A stretch of 64,000 bases of DNA. Source: an uncultured Chloroflexia bacterium. Its GTDB lineage: Bacteria > Chloroflexota > Dehalococcoidia > UBA2979. Shown here piece after piece: positions 14,153-22,660 of the stretch. The notes beneath the pieces are model-generated. The model saw only the letters and a list, made by a program, of their open reading frames with translations, was not told the origin of the DNA and searched no databases. Within the stretch, counting starts at the first letter, position 1. Each line of letters opens with the position of its first letter. The stretch spans positions 800,001 to 864,000 of the forward strand of contig CAVSIV010000006.1 of assembly GCA_963728205.1 (NCBI GenBank), written 5' to 3'. Made by a program: the position numbers and the translations under genes.

Positions 14153-14546
14153 GGGCTCTCTCCTCTCCCAGCGTTCATCTCGAAGAGAATTGCACGAATC
14201 GCATCCTGCAATAGTTCTTACGCGCTGGCCACGTGCGTCTGAATTCCATGCCAGATTTGTGCTGTGTCACCACAGGCGATAGGTGGCCCGCCAGGCTGAG
14301 CCGCGACTCGCCGGTCCTCGTCAGGCAGGACTCGCGGCGCGCGTCTTCGCGGACGATGCGGGTTGTTCGCCATCGCGCACTGCGGACCTCCCCGGCGTCG
14401 ACCCAGTCGCCTACGTGCGGCGCCACGGTGGCGCGGTCATGGCGGGGCGTGGACGCGCAACCACCTCAAGCACTTCGCGGTGTTCCTGCGGGCCCGCAGG
14501 CGCCGGACTGAGCGGTGATGCGTTTGCCCATACGTGGGCACCCGCG

Positions 14547-14599
14547 GGTCGCATGGCGAATCCCGGCCAAGGGGCGAGCCGACATTCGCCATGCGACCG
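14547..14599. repeat. 15-bp perfect inverted repeat GGTCGCATGGCGAAT...ATTCGCCATGCGACC
   Basis: seen directly downstream of the 14646-14951 gene; possible terminator or REP-like hairpin. Confidence 0.55.
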
Positions 14600-14645
14600 G
14601 CGCTGCGGGCGGGCGGGCGCCGATCGAACTGAAGACGACGGGCAG

Positions 14646-14951
14646 CTAGCGCTTGTCGCGGATCGCCGAGATCAGCTCGCCTTTGCTCATCTTGCTGCGG
14701 CCGCCGACGTCGAGCTTCTTCGCGACGTTGTAGAGCTCGTCCTTCGTCCGGCTCTCGAGCTCCGCGTTCGGATTGCCGGTGCCCGACGTCGTCTTCTTGC
14801 CGCTCTTCGTGCGGCCTTCCTCGCGGCGGGCCTTGTTCACGGTGCGCGCCGCGATCTCCTCGGCGCGCGACGTCGAGCGGCCGCGATCCATCTGCGACTC
14901 TTTGATCGACTCGTACTTCTTTTCGTCTTTCTTCGACCATGCGCGTGGCAT
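14646..14951 (-). CDS. small basic protein with C-terminal Rho-N-like domain (general-stress type)
   Basis: WSKKDEKKYE..K.S...RG....AEEIAARTVNK, TKDELYNVAKKLDVGGRSKMSKGEL; AGGAGG RBS. Confidence 0.75.
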   Translation of the reverse strand: MPRAWSKKDEKKYESIKESQMDRGRSTSRAEEIAARTVNKARREEGRTKSGKKTTSGTGNPNAELESRTKDELYNVAKKLDVGGRSKMSKGELISAIRDKR

Positions 14952-15086
14952 CAGAAGTACCTCCTGAAACCAACGTACCGGGTAGGCGAAAGGGACACGT
15001 TTGCAACGGGGAGGGGCGGGGGGACGGGGGGCGGAGGGGGGCGGACGGACGGGGGACTGGAGACGGACGGACGTGCGTCCGCCCTA

Positions 15087-15162
15087 CTGTCGGCGGCATG
15101 TCTGCCGCCGCTGTGGCGGCGACGGCGGGGGCCCAAAGCGGCGGCAGATATGCCGCCGACAG
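15087..15162. repeat. REP family 1 inverted pair
   Basis: CTGTCGGCGGCATGTCTGCCGCCGCTGTGG ... CCAAAGCGGCGGCAGATATGCCGCCGACAG. Confidence 0.85.
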
Positions 15163-15202
15163 AAGGGAGGCGCGCGCCTCCCTTCCCCCCATCCCCCTTC
15201 TT

Positions 15203-15551
15203 CTACTGGATGCGCACGACTTCCTGCGCGCGGTTCCACAGCCCCTCGAGGTTGTAGTAGACGCGCCGCTCGGGCGAGAACAGGTGCACGATCACGCCGC
15301 CGCCGGCGTCGACCAGGACCCAGCCGCCCTCGGCGTCACCCTCCGCGTGCGGACGGCTCCCGCCGCGCAGCAGCACGGTCTCCTCGAGCGCGTCGATCAC
15401 CGCGCGCGACTGCCGGACGTTGTCGATGGTCGCGATGATGAAGTAGTCGGCCCAGGTCGTGAGCCCCTTGAGGTCCAGCAGGACGACGTCCGCCGCCTGG
15501 CGGTCGACGAGAGTGTCGACGAGCGCGTGTGCGAGAATCGGTGCTCTGCAG
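15203..15551 (-). CDS. rsfS: ribosomal silencing factor RsfS (probable extra base near 15537)
   Basis: AADVVLLDL...ADYFIIAT...RQSRAV, GWVLVDAG.VIVHLF...RVYYNLEGLW; GGGAGG RBS before CTG 15551, which is out of frame by one base. Confidence 0.88.
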
Positions 15552-15729
15552 TTGGGCCTCCCTGCCGCGTCGCCAGTATAGGTGACCTCCCGGGCGAACG
15601 GCTCGGCGTCGGCGGGCTGAGGGGTTGGCGCGGATCGCCGGTCCCGTCGCGAGCGCCACGGGGCGGCGCGGGCTGCTCAGCCCGCTCACGCGATGCCGTT
15701 CGCCGTGGCGGCTGCCTACACTGGTCGGC

Positions 15730-16809
15730 ATGACCGAACGGGTGCTCGTCGCCATGTCCGGCGGCGTCGACTCCGCCGTCGCCGCAGCGCTGCTGCACGC
15801 GCAGGGGTACGACGTCGTCGGCGTCACGCTGCGGCTGTACACGGAGGCGGACGACACCGCCCTGTCGTCCGGGCGCACCTGCTGCGGCATCGAGGACGTC
15901 GGCGACGCCCGCGCCGCCGCGCAGCGCATCGGGATCCCGCACTACGTCCTCAACATGGAGCGCGAGTTCGAGCGCGACGTCATCGGCGCCTTCGTCGACG
16001 CCTACCGCGACGGCCGCACGCCGAACCCCTGCCTCGCCTGCAACCAGCACGTGAAGTTCTCGACGCTGCTCGACCGCGCGCTGGCCATGGGCGTCGACCG
16101 CCTCGCGACCGGCCACTACGCCCGCGTCGTGCCCGCGCCCGACGGCGACGGCCACCGCCTGCATCGCGCCGTCGACGACGCGAAGGACCAGTCGTACGTG
16201 CTGTACACGCTCGGCCAGGAGGCGCTCGCGCGGACGCTCTTCCCGCTCGGCGGGCTGACGAAGACCGAGACGCGCCGCATCGCGCGCGAGTGGGGACTGC
16301 CGCTCGCCGACAAGCCGGACAGCGTCGACATCTGCTTCGTCCCCGGCGGCGACTATCGCGAGCTGCTGCGCGCCCGCGGCGTCGGCGACGCGCCCGGCGC
16401 GATCGTCACCGCCGACGGCGTCGAGGTCGGCCGCCACGACGGCGTCGCGAACTTCACGGTCGGCCAGCGCCGCGGGCTCGGGCTCGGCGGCGGCGGCGGC
16501 GGCCGGCGCTTCGTCACCGCGCTCGAGCCGTCGCGCAACGTCGTGGTCGTCGGCGGCGAAGACGCGCTCGCGCGCGACGCGCTCGTCGCCACCGACCCGC
16601 GCTGGGTCGCCGCGCCGCCCGTCGTCGGCGAACGGCTGCACGCGCGCATCCGCTACCACGCCGAGGACCTCCCCGCGCGCGTCGCCGCGCTGGACGCGAC
16701 GTCGTTCCGCCTGGAGTTCGAGCGCCCGGTGCGCGCCGTCGCCCCCGGCCAGGCGGCCGTGCTGTATCGCGGCACCGAGGTCGTCGGCGGCGGCGTGATC
16801 GCGCGCTGA
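15730..16809 (+). CDS. mnmA: tRNA 2-thiouridylase MnmA
   Basis: VAMSGGVDS, TPNPCLACN, ATGHYA, KDQSY, DSVDICF, FTVGQRRG, APGQAAVLY. Confidence 0.96.
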   Translation: MTERVLVAMSGGVDSAVAAALLHAQGYDVVGVTLRLYTEADDTALSSGRTCCGIEDVGDARAAAQRIGIPHYVLNMEREFERDVIGAFVDAYRDGRTPNPCLACNQHVKFSTLLDRALAMGVDRLATGHYARVVPAPDGDGHRLHRAVDDAKDQSYVLYTLGQEALARTLFPLGGLTKTETRRIAREWGLPLADKPDSVDICFVPGGDYRELLRARGVGDAPGAIVTADGVEVGRHDGVANFTVGQRRGLGLGGGGGGRRFVTALEPSRNVVVVGGEDALARDALVATDPRWVAAPPVVGERLHARIRYHAEDLPARVAALDATSFRLEFERPVRAVAPGQAAVLYRGTEVVGGGVIAR

Positions 16810-16844
16810 CGAGGGTGTGCGCGGAACGCCGAATGTCGAATGTC

Positions 16845-17005
16845 GAGCGGCAGCTGGAAGGCTGCCGATCTCCCCAATCCCGTCGCTCACCGCGACGCTC
16901 TGCGGGCGCATCGGGGGCGGGCGGACGATGGGCATCGCCGTCCCCGGGGAAGCACGACGGCCCGCCTGTCGCGCACCGTGATCGGCAGCCTTCCAGCTGC
17001 CGCTC
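16845..17005. repeat. REP family 2 inverted pair (CGGCAGC-TGGAAG-GCTGCCG)
   Basis: GAGCGGCAGCTGGAAGGCTGCCGATC at 16845-16870 and its reverse complement at 16980-17005; third copy at 18075-18098. Confidence 0.8.
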
Positions 17006-17095
17006 GATCGGCCCGCTTCGCGCGGCGGGACAGACCCCGGTAGGATGGGGGAACGCACTGCGCGAACGAGCGACGAGGGGAGCCCTCCACCGACC

Positions 17096-17416
17096 ATGAA
17101 CCTCGCCGACCTGCGCGACATCGTCATCATCGTCTACGGCGTGCTCGGGATCTTGCTCTTCCTGATCCTGATCGCCGTGGCGGTTGGCGTGTTCATCATC
17201 GCCCGCCAGCTGAACCGCATGGTTCACGAACTGGTCAACGACCCGCTCAATCCGACCCTCGAGGAAGTGCACAAGACCGTGCAGAACGTGCGCGGGGCGA
17301 GCGAGTTCATGGTCGACCGCGCCGTGCACCCGGTGATCCGCACGATCGCCGTCGTGCGCGGCGTGCGTCGCGGGGTCGGCGTGCTCACCGGCCTGCCCTC
17401 GCGGCTGCGGAGGTAG
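17096..17416 (+). CDS. small membrane protein (DUF948-like)
   Basis: N-terminal TM helix followed by an amphipathic helical region; RBS present. Confidence 0.6.
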   Translation: MNLADLRDIVIIVYGVLGILLFLILIAVAVGVFIIARQLNRMVHELVNDPLNPTLEEVHKTVQNVRGASEFMVDRAVHPVIRTIAVVRGVRRGVGVLTGLPSRLRR

Positions 17417-17423
17417 GACCCGC

Positions 17424-17753
17424 ATGAAGCTGCTCACGTTCGCCGGCTTCGCCGGCGCCGCCGCGGCCGGCTTCTTCGCCGCGAAGACGCTGCTGGAGCG
17501 CGAGGATCTCCTCGACCGCGTGCCCGCGCCGGCGCGACCACCGATCGCGGCCGCGCGTGCGCGCCTGCTCGCCGCGCGGCGACGCGCGTCCACGGTCGTC
17601 GCCGAGGCGAAGCGCGAGCGGGATGCCGCCGAGATCGAGCTCACCGCCGACTACTACCGTCGCGTCGGCCGTCCCGTGCCCACGGGGCTCGGCGGCGCCG
17701 CGCCCGCTGCCTCGCAACGGCAGCCGGTCTGGCGTCCCGGCGACCCAATCTAG
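17424..17753 (+). CDS. hypothetical membrane-anchored protein (YtxH-like)
   Basis: N-terminal GFAGAAAAGFF anchor, helical body; operonic with the previous gene. Confidence 0.55.
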   Translation: MKLLTFAGFAGAAAAGFFAAKTLLEREDLLDRVPAPARPPIAAARARLLAARRRASTVVAEAKRERDAAEIELTADYYRRVGRPVPTGLGGAAPAASQRQPVWRPGDPI

Positions 17754-17791
17754 CGCGCCTCCACCGTCTCGGCCTTAGGGCCACCCTTCCC

Positions 17792-17797
17792 TATACT
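17792..17797 (+). promoter_or_regulatory. -10 box TATACT of tRNA-Ser
   Basis: TATACT 7 nt upstream of the tRNA 5' end. Confidence 0.6.
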
Positions 17798-17804
17798 GAC
17801 CGGC

Positions 17805-17891
17805 GGAGAGGTGGCCGAGTGGTTGAAGGCGCGTGTCTCGAAAACACGTAGACGATGAGTCTCGCGGGTTCGAATCCCGCCCTCTCCGCCA
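17805..17891 (+). tRNA. tRNA-Ser(CGA)
   Basis: GGAGAG acceptor stem, anticodon arm CGTGT-CT-CGA-AA-ACACG, long variable arm, GGTTCGAATCC, encoded CCA. Confidence 0.95.
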
Positions 17892-17897
17892 TGATCT

Positions 17898-18258
17898 GCC
17901 GCGCTCTGATCCTCCTCCGGCCGCGTCAGCTCGCGCTGGGCACGGCCTCCGTCGGCGCGCGGTCGGGGTGAGGAGCGAAGGTCCCCACGCGGCCGCGTCG
18001 GCTTGCGCCGGGCACGGCCACCGTCGGCGCGCGATCGGGCTGAGGTGCGCAGTCGCCGGCGCGGTCTCGCGTCGGCGGCAGCTGGAAGGCTGCCGATCTC
18101 AGCGCGATCCGCGCAGTCGCCGGCGAGACACGAGCCGCGCGGGACGGATCGGCACCCTGCCGGGTGCCGCTCGAGGCACACCTCCGCGGCGACCGCGCGC
18201 CGACGGAGCCCGCGACCGGCGCAAGCCGACGCAGGCGGAGGAGGATGAGAGCGCGGCG
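17898..18258. repeat. MITE-like element with ~68-bp imperfect terminal inverted repeats between two tRNA-Ser genes
   Basis: GCCGCGCTCTGATCCTCCTCCG...CGTCGGCGCGCGGTCG mirrored at 18190-18258; internal direct repeat and a REP-2 copy. Confidence 0.6.
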
Positions 18259-18264
18259 AAACAC

Positions 18265-18356
18265 GGAGAGGTGCTGGAGTGGTTGAACAGGCTCGCCTGG
18301 AAAGCGGGTAGAGGGCGAAAGCTCTCTCGTGGGTTCGAATCCCACCCTCTCCGCCA
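18265..18356 (+). tRNA. tRNA-Ser(GGA)
   Basis: anticodon arm CTCGC-CT-GGA-AA-GCGGG, long variable arm, T-loop GGTTCGAATCC, CCA. Confidence 0.95.
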
Positions 18357-18364
18357 GCAAGATC

Positions 18365-18393
18365 ACACGCCGCGCCCCGTGCGCGGCGTGTTC
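18365..18393. terminator. hairpin between tRNA-Ser and the convergent CheB/CheR gene
   Basis: ACACGCCGCGC-CCC-GTGCGCGGCGTGT stem-loop. Confidence 0.55.
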
Positions 18394-18412
18394 GTCTCCG
18401 CTCGGCGCGTCG

Positions 18413-21400
18413 TCACTCCCCGCGGAGCAGGGGGAGGTGCATCGTGAACGTCGAGCCGACCGCGGGCTTGCTGCGCACCTCGATGCGCCCACCGTGCGCG
18501 GTCACGATCCCGTTCGCCAGGTAGAGGCCGAGGCCGAGCCCGTCGGACTGCGCCGAGCGCTGCGCCTGGTAGAAGCGCTCGAAGATGTGCTGCAGATCCC
18601 GGGACGGGATGCCCTCGCCGACGTCGGTCACCGCGACCGTCGCGTCGCCATCCGCGCGCCCGACGCGCACCGTCACCGGCGTGTCCTCCGGCGAGTGCTT
18701 GAGCGCGTTCGTCAGCAGGTTCTCGACGACCTCGATCAGCCGGTCGCCGTCGCCGCGCACCACGAGCCGCGACGCGCCCTCGCCCACGCCCTCCATTTCG
18801 ATCACGCGTCCCACGTAGGCCGCGCGCGCCAGCGCCACGGCCTGGTCCACCACGCCGCCGATCTCGACCGGCTCCAGCGTGAGATCGAGCGCGCCGCGCT
18901 CCAGGCGGCTGACGTCGAGCAGCTCGCCGACCATCCGCGCCATGCGCTGCGTCTGCTCGAACGCCTCCGTCGCGCTGCGGCGGACGGCGTCGCTGGCGCC
19001 CTCGCTGCGCAGCAGCCGCAGCAGCCGCTGCTCGTAGCCGAGCACCGCCGTCAGCGGCGTGCGCAGCTCGTGGCTCGCGACCGAGATCAGGTGCTCGCGC
19101 GCCCGCTGCGACATGCGCTCGCCGATGTCGCGGACGATCAGCAGGCCGGCCGCGCGACCCTCCGTCGTGATCGGCCGCCCGGTCGCGTCGAACCACCCGC
19201 GCGCCCCGTCCGGCGCGACCAGTCGGAAGTCCTGCGTGAACGTCTCGCCGCGGGCCAGCCGCGCGTACGGCGTGTCCGCGCTCGCCAGCGGCTCCTCGCG
19301 GTCGTCGCGGAACTCGAGCGTTCCGTCGTGCCCCATCCGCGCGAGCAGCGCGTCGAACGCCGGGTTCGACCGGGTCACCTCGCCCGACTCGTCCAGCACC
19401 GCGACGGCATCCGACATGCTCTCGAGGATCACCGCCAGTTCCGCGTGCGCCGTCTCCGCCGCCTCTCGCTGCTCGGCGAGCTCGCGGCTGCGCGCGTCCA
19501 GGTCGGCATTGCTCAGCTCGAGCTCCTCCACCGTCGCGCGCATCTCCTCGTTGACCGTCTCGAACTCCTCGTTGCTCGCCTGCAGCTCCTCGCTGTAGGT
19601 CTCGAGCTCCTCGTTCGCCGCCTCCGCCTGCGCGGTCGCCTCGCGCAGCGACTCCTCGAGGTTGGCGAGGTCGCTGTTCGCGGCGAGCAGCCGCTCGTTC
19701 GTCTCCGTGAGCCCACGCATCATCGCGCTGAGGCGCTCCATCTCCGCGCGCTGCTGCTCGAGCGCCTCGTCGGCGGCCATGCGCCGGCGCAGCGTGGTCG
19801 TCACGTCGACCACGCTGATCAGCACCATCGCCGGCTGACCGCCGCCCTCCGCGCCGTCGCCCCGCGGGACACACGAGATCTGGAGAAAGCGCTCCTCGCC
19901 CATCCCGACCTCGGCCGTGACCGTCGCCTCGATGGTCTGCAGCGCCTGCTCCTGGAACGCCGCGTCGATCGCCGATCGGAGGTCGTCCGTGGGCATGCTC
20001 GCGAGCAGGTGCAGCAGGTCCTCGCCGAGCGCCAGCCCGTGGATCCCGAGCAGCGTCCGCGCGGCGGCGTTGATGTGCCGGATGTCGTAGCGGCGGTCCA
20101 CCAGCAGCACGCCGACCGGCAGCCGCTGCACGACGTCGTCGTACTCGCCGCGCCGCCACGAGGGGCCGGCGGGATCGGACAGCGCGCCCCGCGGCAGCAC
20201 GGGCGACAGGCGTGACGACGCGTACGGCTGATCGCTCGCCGTCCGCGCCGCCCGGTCGAACGCGACGCGCTCCTCCGTCCGACGAAAGATGCGGAAGCGG
20301 CTCGCCTCCGCGGCGAAGGCCTCGGCCAGCGGCCGCACGTTCTCGGCGCTGCCCAGCACGAGGCAGCCGCCGGGGCGCAGCGAGAACGCCAGCGACTGCA
20401 GCACGCGGCGCTGCAGATCGGTCGTGAAGTACATCAGCACGTTGCGGCACAGCACCATGTCGATCTGCGGGAACGGGGCCCGCGCGCTGAGGTCGTGCTC
20501 GCCGAAGACGATGCGGTCGCGCACCGACTCGCGCACGTCGCACTCGCCGTCGGTCCCCGTGAAGTAGCGGTCGCGGACCGCCGGCTCCAGGTGCGCGAGC
20601 GCCGCCGCCGGGTAGACCCCGCGCCGCGCGAACTCGATCGACGGGGTGTCGACGTCGGTCGCGAAGATGCGCAGCGGCAGCTCGGGGTCGAGCTCGAGCG
20701 TGAGGATGGCGAGCGAGTAGGCCTCCTCGCCCGTCGCGCAGCCCGCGGACCACAGGCGGAGCGGCTCGCCGCGCTCGCGCGCGCGCGTCATGAGCCCGGG
20801 CAGGACGCGCTCGCGCAGGTAGTCGAAGGCCTCCGGGTCGCGGAAGAACTGCGTGACCTTGATCAGCAGGCCGCGGACAAGCTGCTCTTCCTCGTCGGGG
20901 TGGTCGCGCAGGTGCTCGCGGTATGCCGCCAGGTCGCGGGCGCCGACGGCGAGCATGCGCCGCTGCAGGCGACGCGTGACGGTCCCCTCGCGGTAGTCGC
21001 TGAAGTCGAGCCCGCGCCGCTCGCGCACGTCGGCGAGCAGGCCGCGCATGCCGTCCTCGTCCGCAGCGCGCGTCGGCAGGCCGACCTCCGTCACAATCGC
21101 CTGCAGCAGCGGGCCGATGTCGTCCAGCTCCGCGACGAAGTCAATCGTCGGCGGCTGCAGCGAGCGCGGCATGCCCGGGAACGCCGCCGTCGCCGGGTTC
21201 TGCACGACGACCGTGCCGCCGGCCTCGTGGACGAGCCGCGCGCCGGCCGCGCCGTCGGAGCCGGTGCCGGTGAGCACGACGGCGACCAGCCGCTCGCCGA
21301 ACACCTCGGCGGCGCTCGCGAACAGCGCGTCCACCGACGGTGTCGACGGCGCGGAGGCCGGCCGCAGCGCGACCACGTGATCGGTGATCGCGATGTCGCG

Positions 21401-21652
21401 GTTGGAGGGGACGACGAAGATCTCGCCGTCGACGAGCGAGCACTCGTCGGAGACCATGCGCACGGGCAGCGAGGTGTGGCGCTCGAGGATCTCCTGCAGG
21501 CGGCTCGGCCGCCCGGGAGAGAGATGCTGCGCGATGACGACGGCCGCCGGCAGATCGATCGGCACGGTCGCCACCACGCGCGAGAGGGCTTCGATGCCTC
21601 CCGCCGATGCGCCGATGACCACGAGATGTGACGAGGCCGCAGCCGCCGTCAT
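18413..21652 (-). CDS. CheB methylesterase-CheR methyltransferase-PAS-histidine kinase fusion
   Basis: IGASAGG, VLTGTGSDG, VTQFFRD, WSAGCATGEEAYS, CRNVLMYF, NEEL heptads, SHELRTPLT; start placed at MTAAAASSH, excluding the repeat-derived N-terminus in the ORF track. Confidence 0.9.
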   Translation of the reverse strand: MTAAAASSHLVVIGASAGGIEALSRVVATVPIDLPAAVVIAQHLSPGRPSRLQEILERHTSLPVRMVSDECSLVDGEIFVVPSNRDIAITDHVVALRPASAPSTPSVDALFASAAEVFGERLVAVVLTGTGSDGAAGARLVHEAGGTVVVQNPATAAFPGMPRSLQPPTIDFVAELDDIGPLLQAIVTEVGLPTRAADEDGMRGLLADVRERRGLDFSDYREGTVTRRLQRRMLAVGARDLAAYREHLRDHPDEEEQLVRGLLIKVTQFFRDPEAFDYLRERVLPGLMTRARERGEPLRLWSAGCATGEEAYSLAILTLELDPELPLRIFATDVDTPSIEFARRGVYPAAALAHLEPAVRDRYFTGTDGECDVRESVRDRIVFGEHDLSARAPFPQIDMVLCRNVLMYFTTDLQRRVLQSLAFSLRPGGCLVLGSAENVRPLAEAFAAEASRFRIFRRTEERVAFDRAARTASDQPYASSRLSPVLPRGALSDPAGPSWRRGEYDDVVQRLPVGVLLVDRRYDIRHINAAARTLLGIHGLALGEDLLHLLASMPTDDLRSAIDAAFQEQALQTIEATVTAEVGMGEERFLQISCVPRGDGAEGGGQPAMVLISVVDVTTTLRRRMAADEALEQQRAEMERLSAMMRGLTETNERLLAANSDLANLEESLREATAQAEAANEELETYSEELQASNEEFETVNEEMRATVEELELSNADLDARSRELAEQREAAETAHAELAVILESMSDAVAVLDESGEVTRSNPAFDALLARMGHDGTLEFRDDREEPLASADTPYARLARGETFTQDFRLVAPDGARGWFDATGRPITTEGRAAGLLIVRDIGERMSQRAREHLISVASHELRTPLTAVLGYEQRLLRLLRSEGASDAVRRSATEAFEQTQRMARMVGELLDVSRLERGALDLTLEPVEIGGVVDQAVALARAAYVGRVIEMEGVGEGASRLVVRGDGDRLIEVVENLLTNALKHSPEDTPVTVRVGRADGDATVAVTDVGEGIPSRDLQHIFERFYQAQRSAQSDGLGLGLYLANGIVTAHGGRIEVRSKPAVGSTFTMHLPLLRGE

Positions 21653-21782
21653 GCCATGCAATCCCCCCACCGCCGGAGGCGAGGATACGCCCCGCGCGAG
21701 GCTGCGACGGCAATGTGATGCGCGCGCGGCAGGCGGCGGCGGGGACGGCGCCAATCTCAACGCGGCCTTCCGGCCGCGACCT

Positions 21783-22660
21783 GTCGGCGGCATGTCTGCC
21801 GCCGCTTTGGTCGGCGGCGTGTCTGCCGCCGCTTTGGTCGGCGGCATGTCTGCCGCCGCTTTGGTCGGCGGCATGTCTGCCGCCGCTTTGGTCGGCGGCG
21901 TGTCTGCCGCCGCTTTGGTCGGCGGCATGTCTGCCGCCGCTTTGGTCGGCGGCATGTCTGCCGCCGCTTTGGTCGGCGGCGTGTCTGCCGCCGCTTTGGT
22001 CGGCGGCATGTCTGCCGCCGCTTTGGTCGGCGGCATGTCTGCCGCCGCTTTGGTCGGCGGCATGTCTGCCGCCGCTTTGGTCGGCGGCGTGTCTGCCGCC
22101 GCTTTGGTCGGCGGCGTGTCTGCCGCCGCTTTGGTCGGCGGCGTGTCTGCCGCCGCTTTGGTCGGCGGCGTGTCTGCCGCCGCTTTGGTCGGCGGCGTGT
22201 CTGCCGCCGCTTTGGTCGGCGGCGTGTCTGCCGCCGCTTTGGTCGGCGGCGTGTCTGCCGCCGCTTTGGTCGGCGGCGTGTCTGCCGCCGCTTTGGTCGG
22301 CGGCATGTCTGCCGCCGCTTTGGTCGGCGGCGTGTCTGCCGCCGCTTTGGTCGGCGGCGTGTCTGCCGCCGCTTTGGTCGGCGGCGTGTCTGCCGCCGCT
22401 TTGGTCGGCGGCGTGTCTGCCGCCGCTTTGGTCGGCGGCGTGTCTGCCGCCGCTTTGGTCGGCGGCATGTCTGCCGCCGCTTTGGTCGGCGGCGTGTCTG
22501 CCGCCGCTTTGGTCGGCGGCATGTCTGCCGCCGCTTTGGTCGGCGGCGTGTCTGCCGCCGCGTTGGTCGGCGGCGTGTCTGCCGCCGCTTTGGTCGGCGG
22601 CGTGTCTGCCGCCGCTTTGGTCGGCGGCATGTCTGCCGCCGCGCTGGTCGGCGGTGTGTC
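21783..22660. repeat. tandem array of 32 x 27-bp REP-1 units (GTCGGCGGCRTGTCTGCCGCCGCTTTG) plus a partial unit
   Basis: exact 27-bp periodicity 21783-22646, no unique spacers. Confidence 0.95.

Noticed and set aside
14280-14460. Possible gene remnant (…GVDPVAYVRRHGG…), with a similar fragment at 8400-8510
   Set aside because: Too short to assign a family by eye
15008-15060. G-run tract (possible G-quadruplex)
   Set aside because: G-runs are present but nothing supports a function, and homopolymer lengths may be unreliable
18413-21652. CheB/CheR-kinase without chemotaxis genes as a novelty
   Set aside because: Stand-alone CheB-CheR-PAS-kinase fusions are a well-known architecture
21783-22660. 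CRISPR array
   Set aside because: No unique spacers and no cas genes; the unit is the dispersed REP
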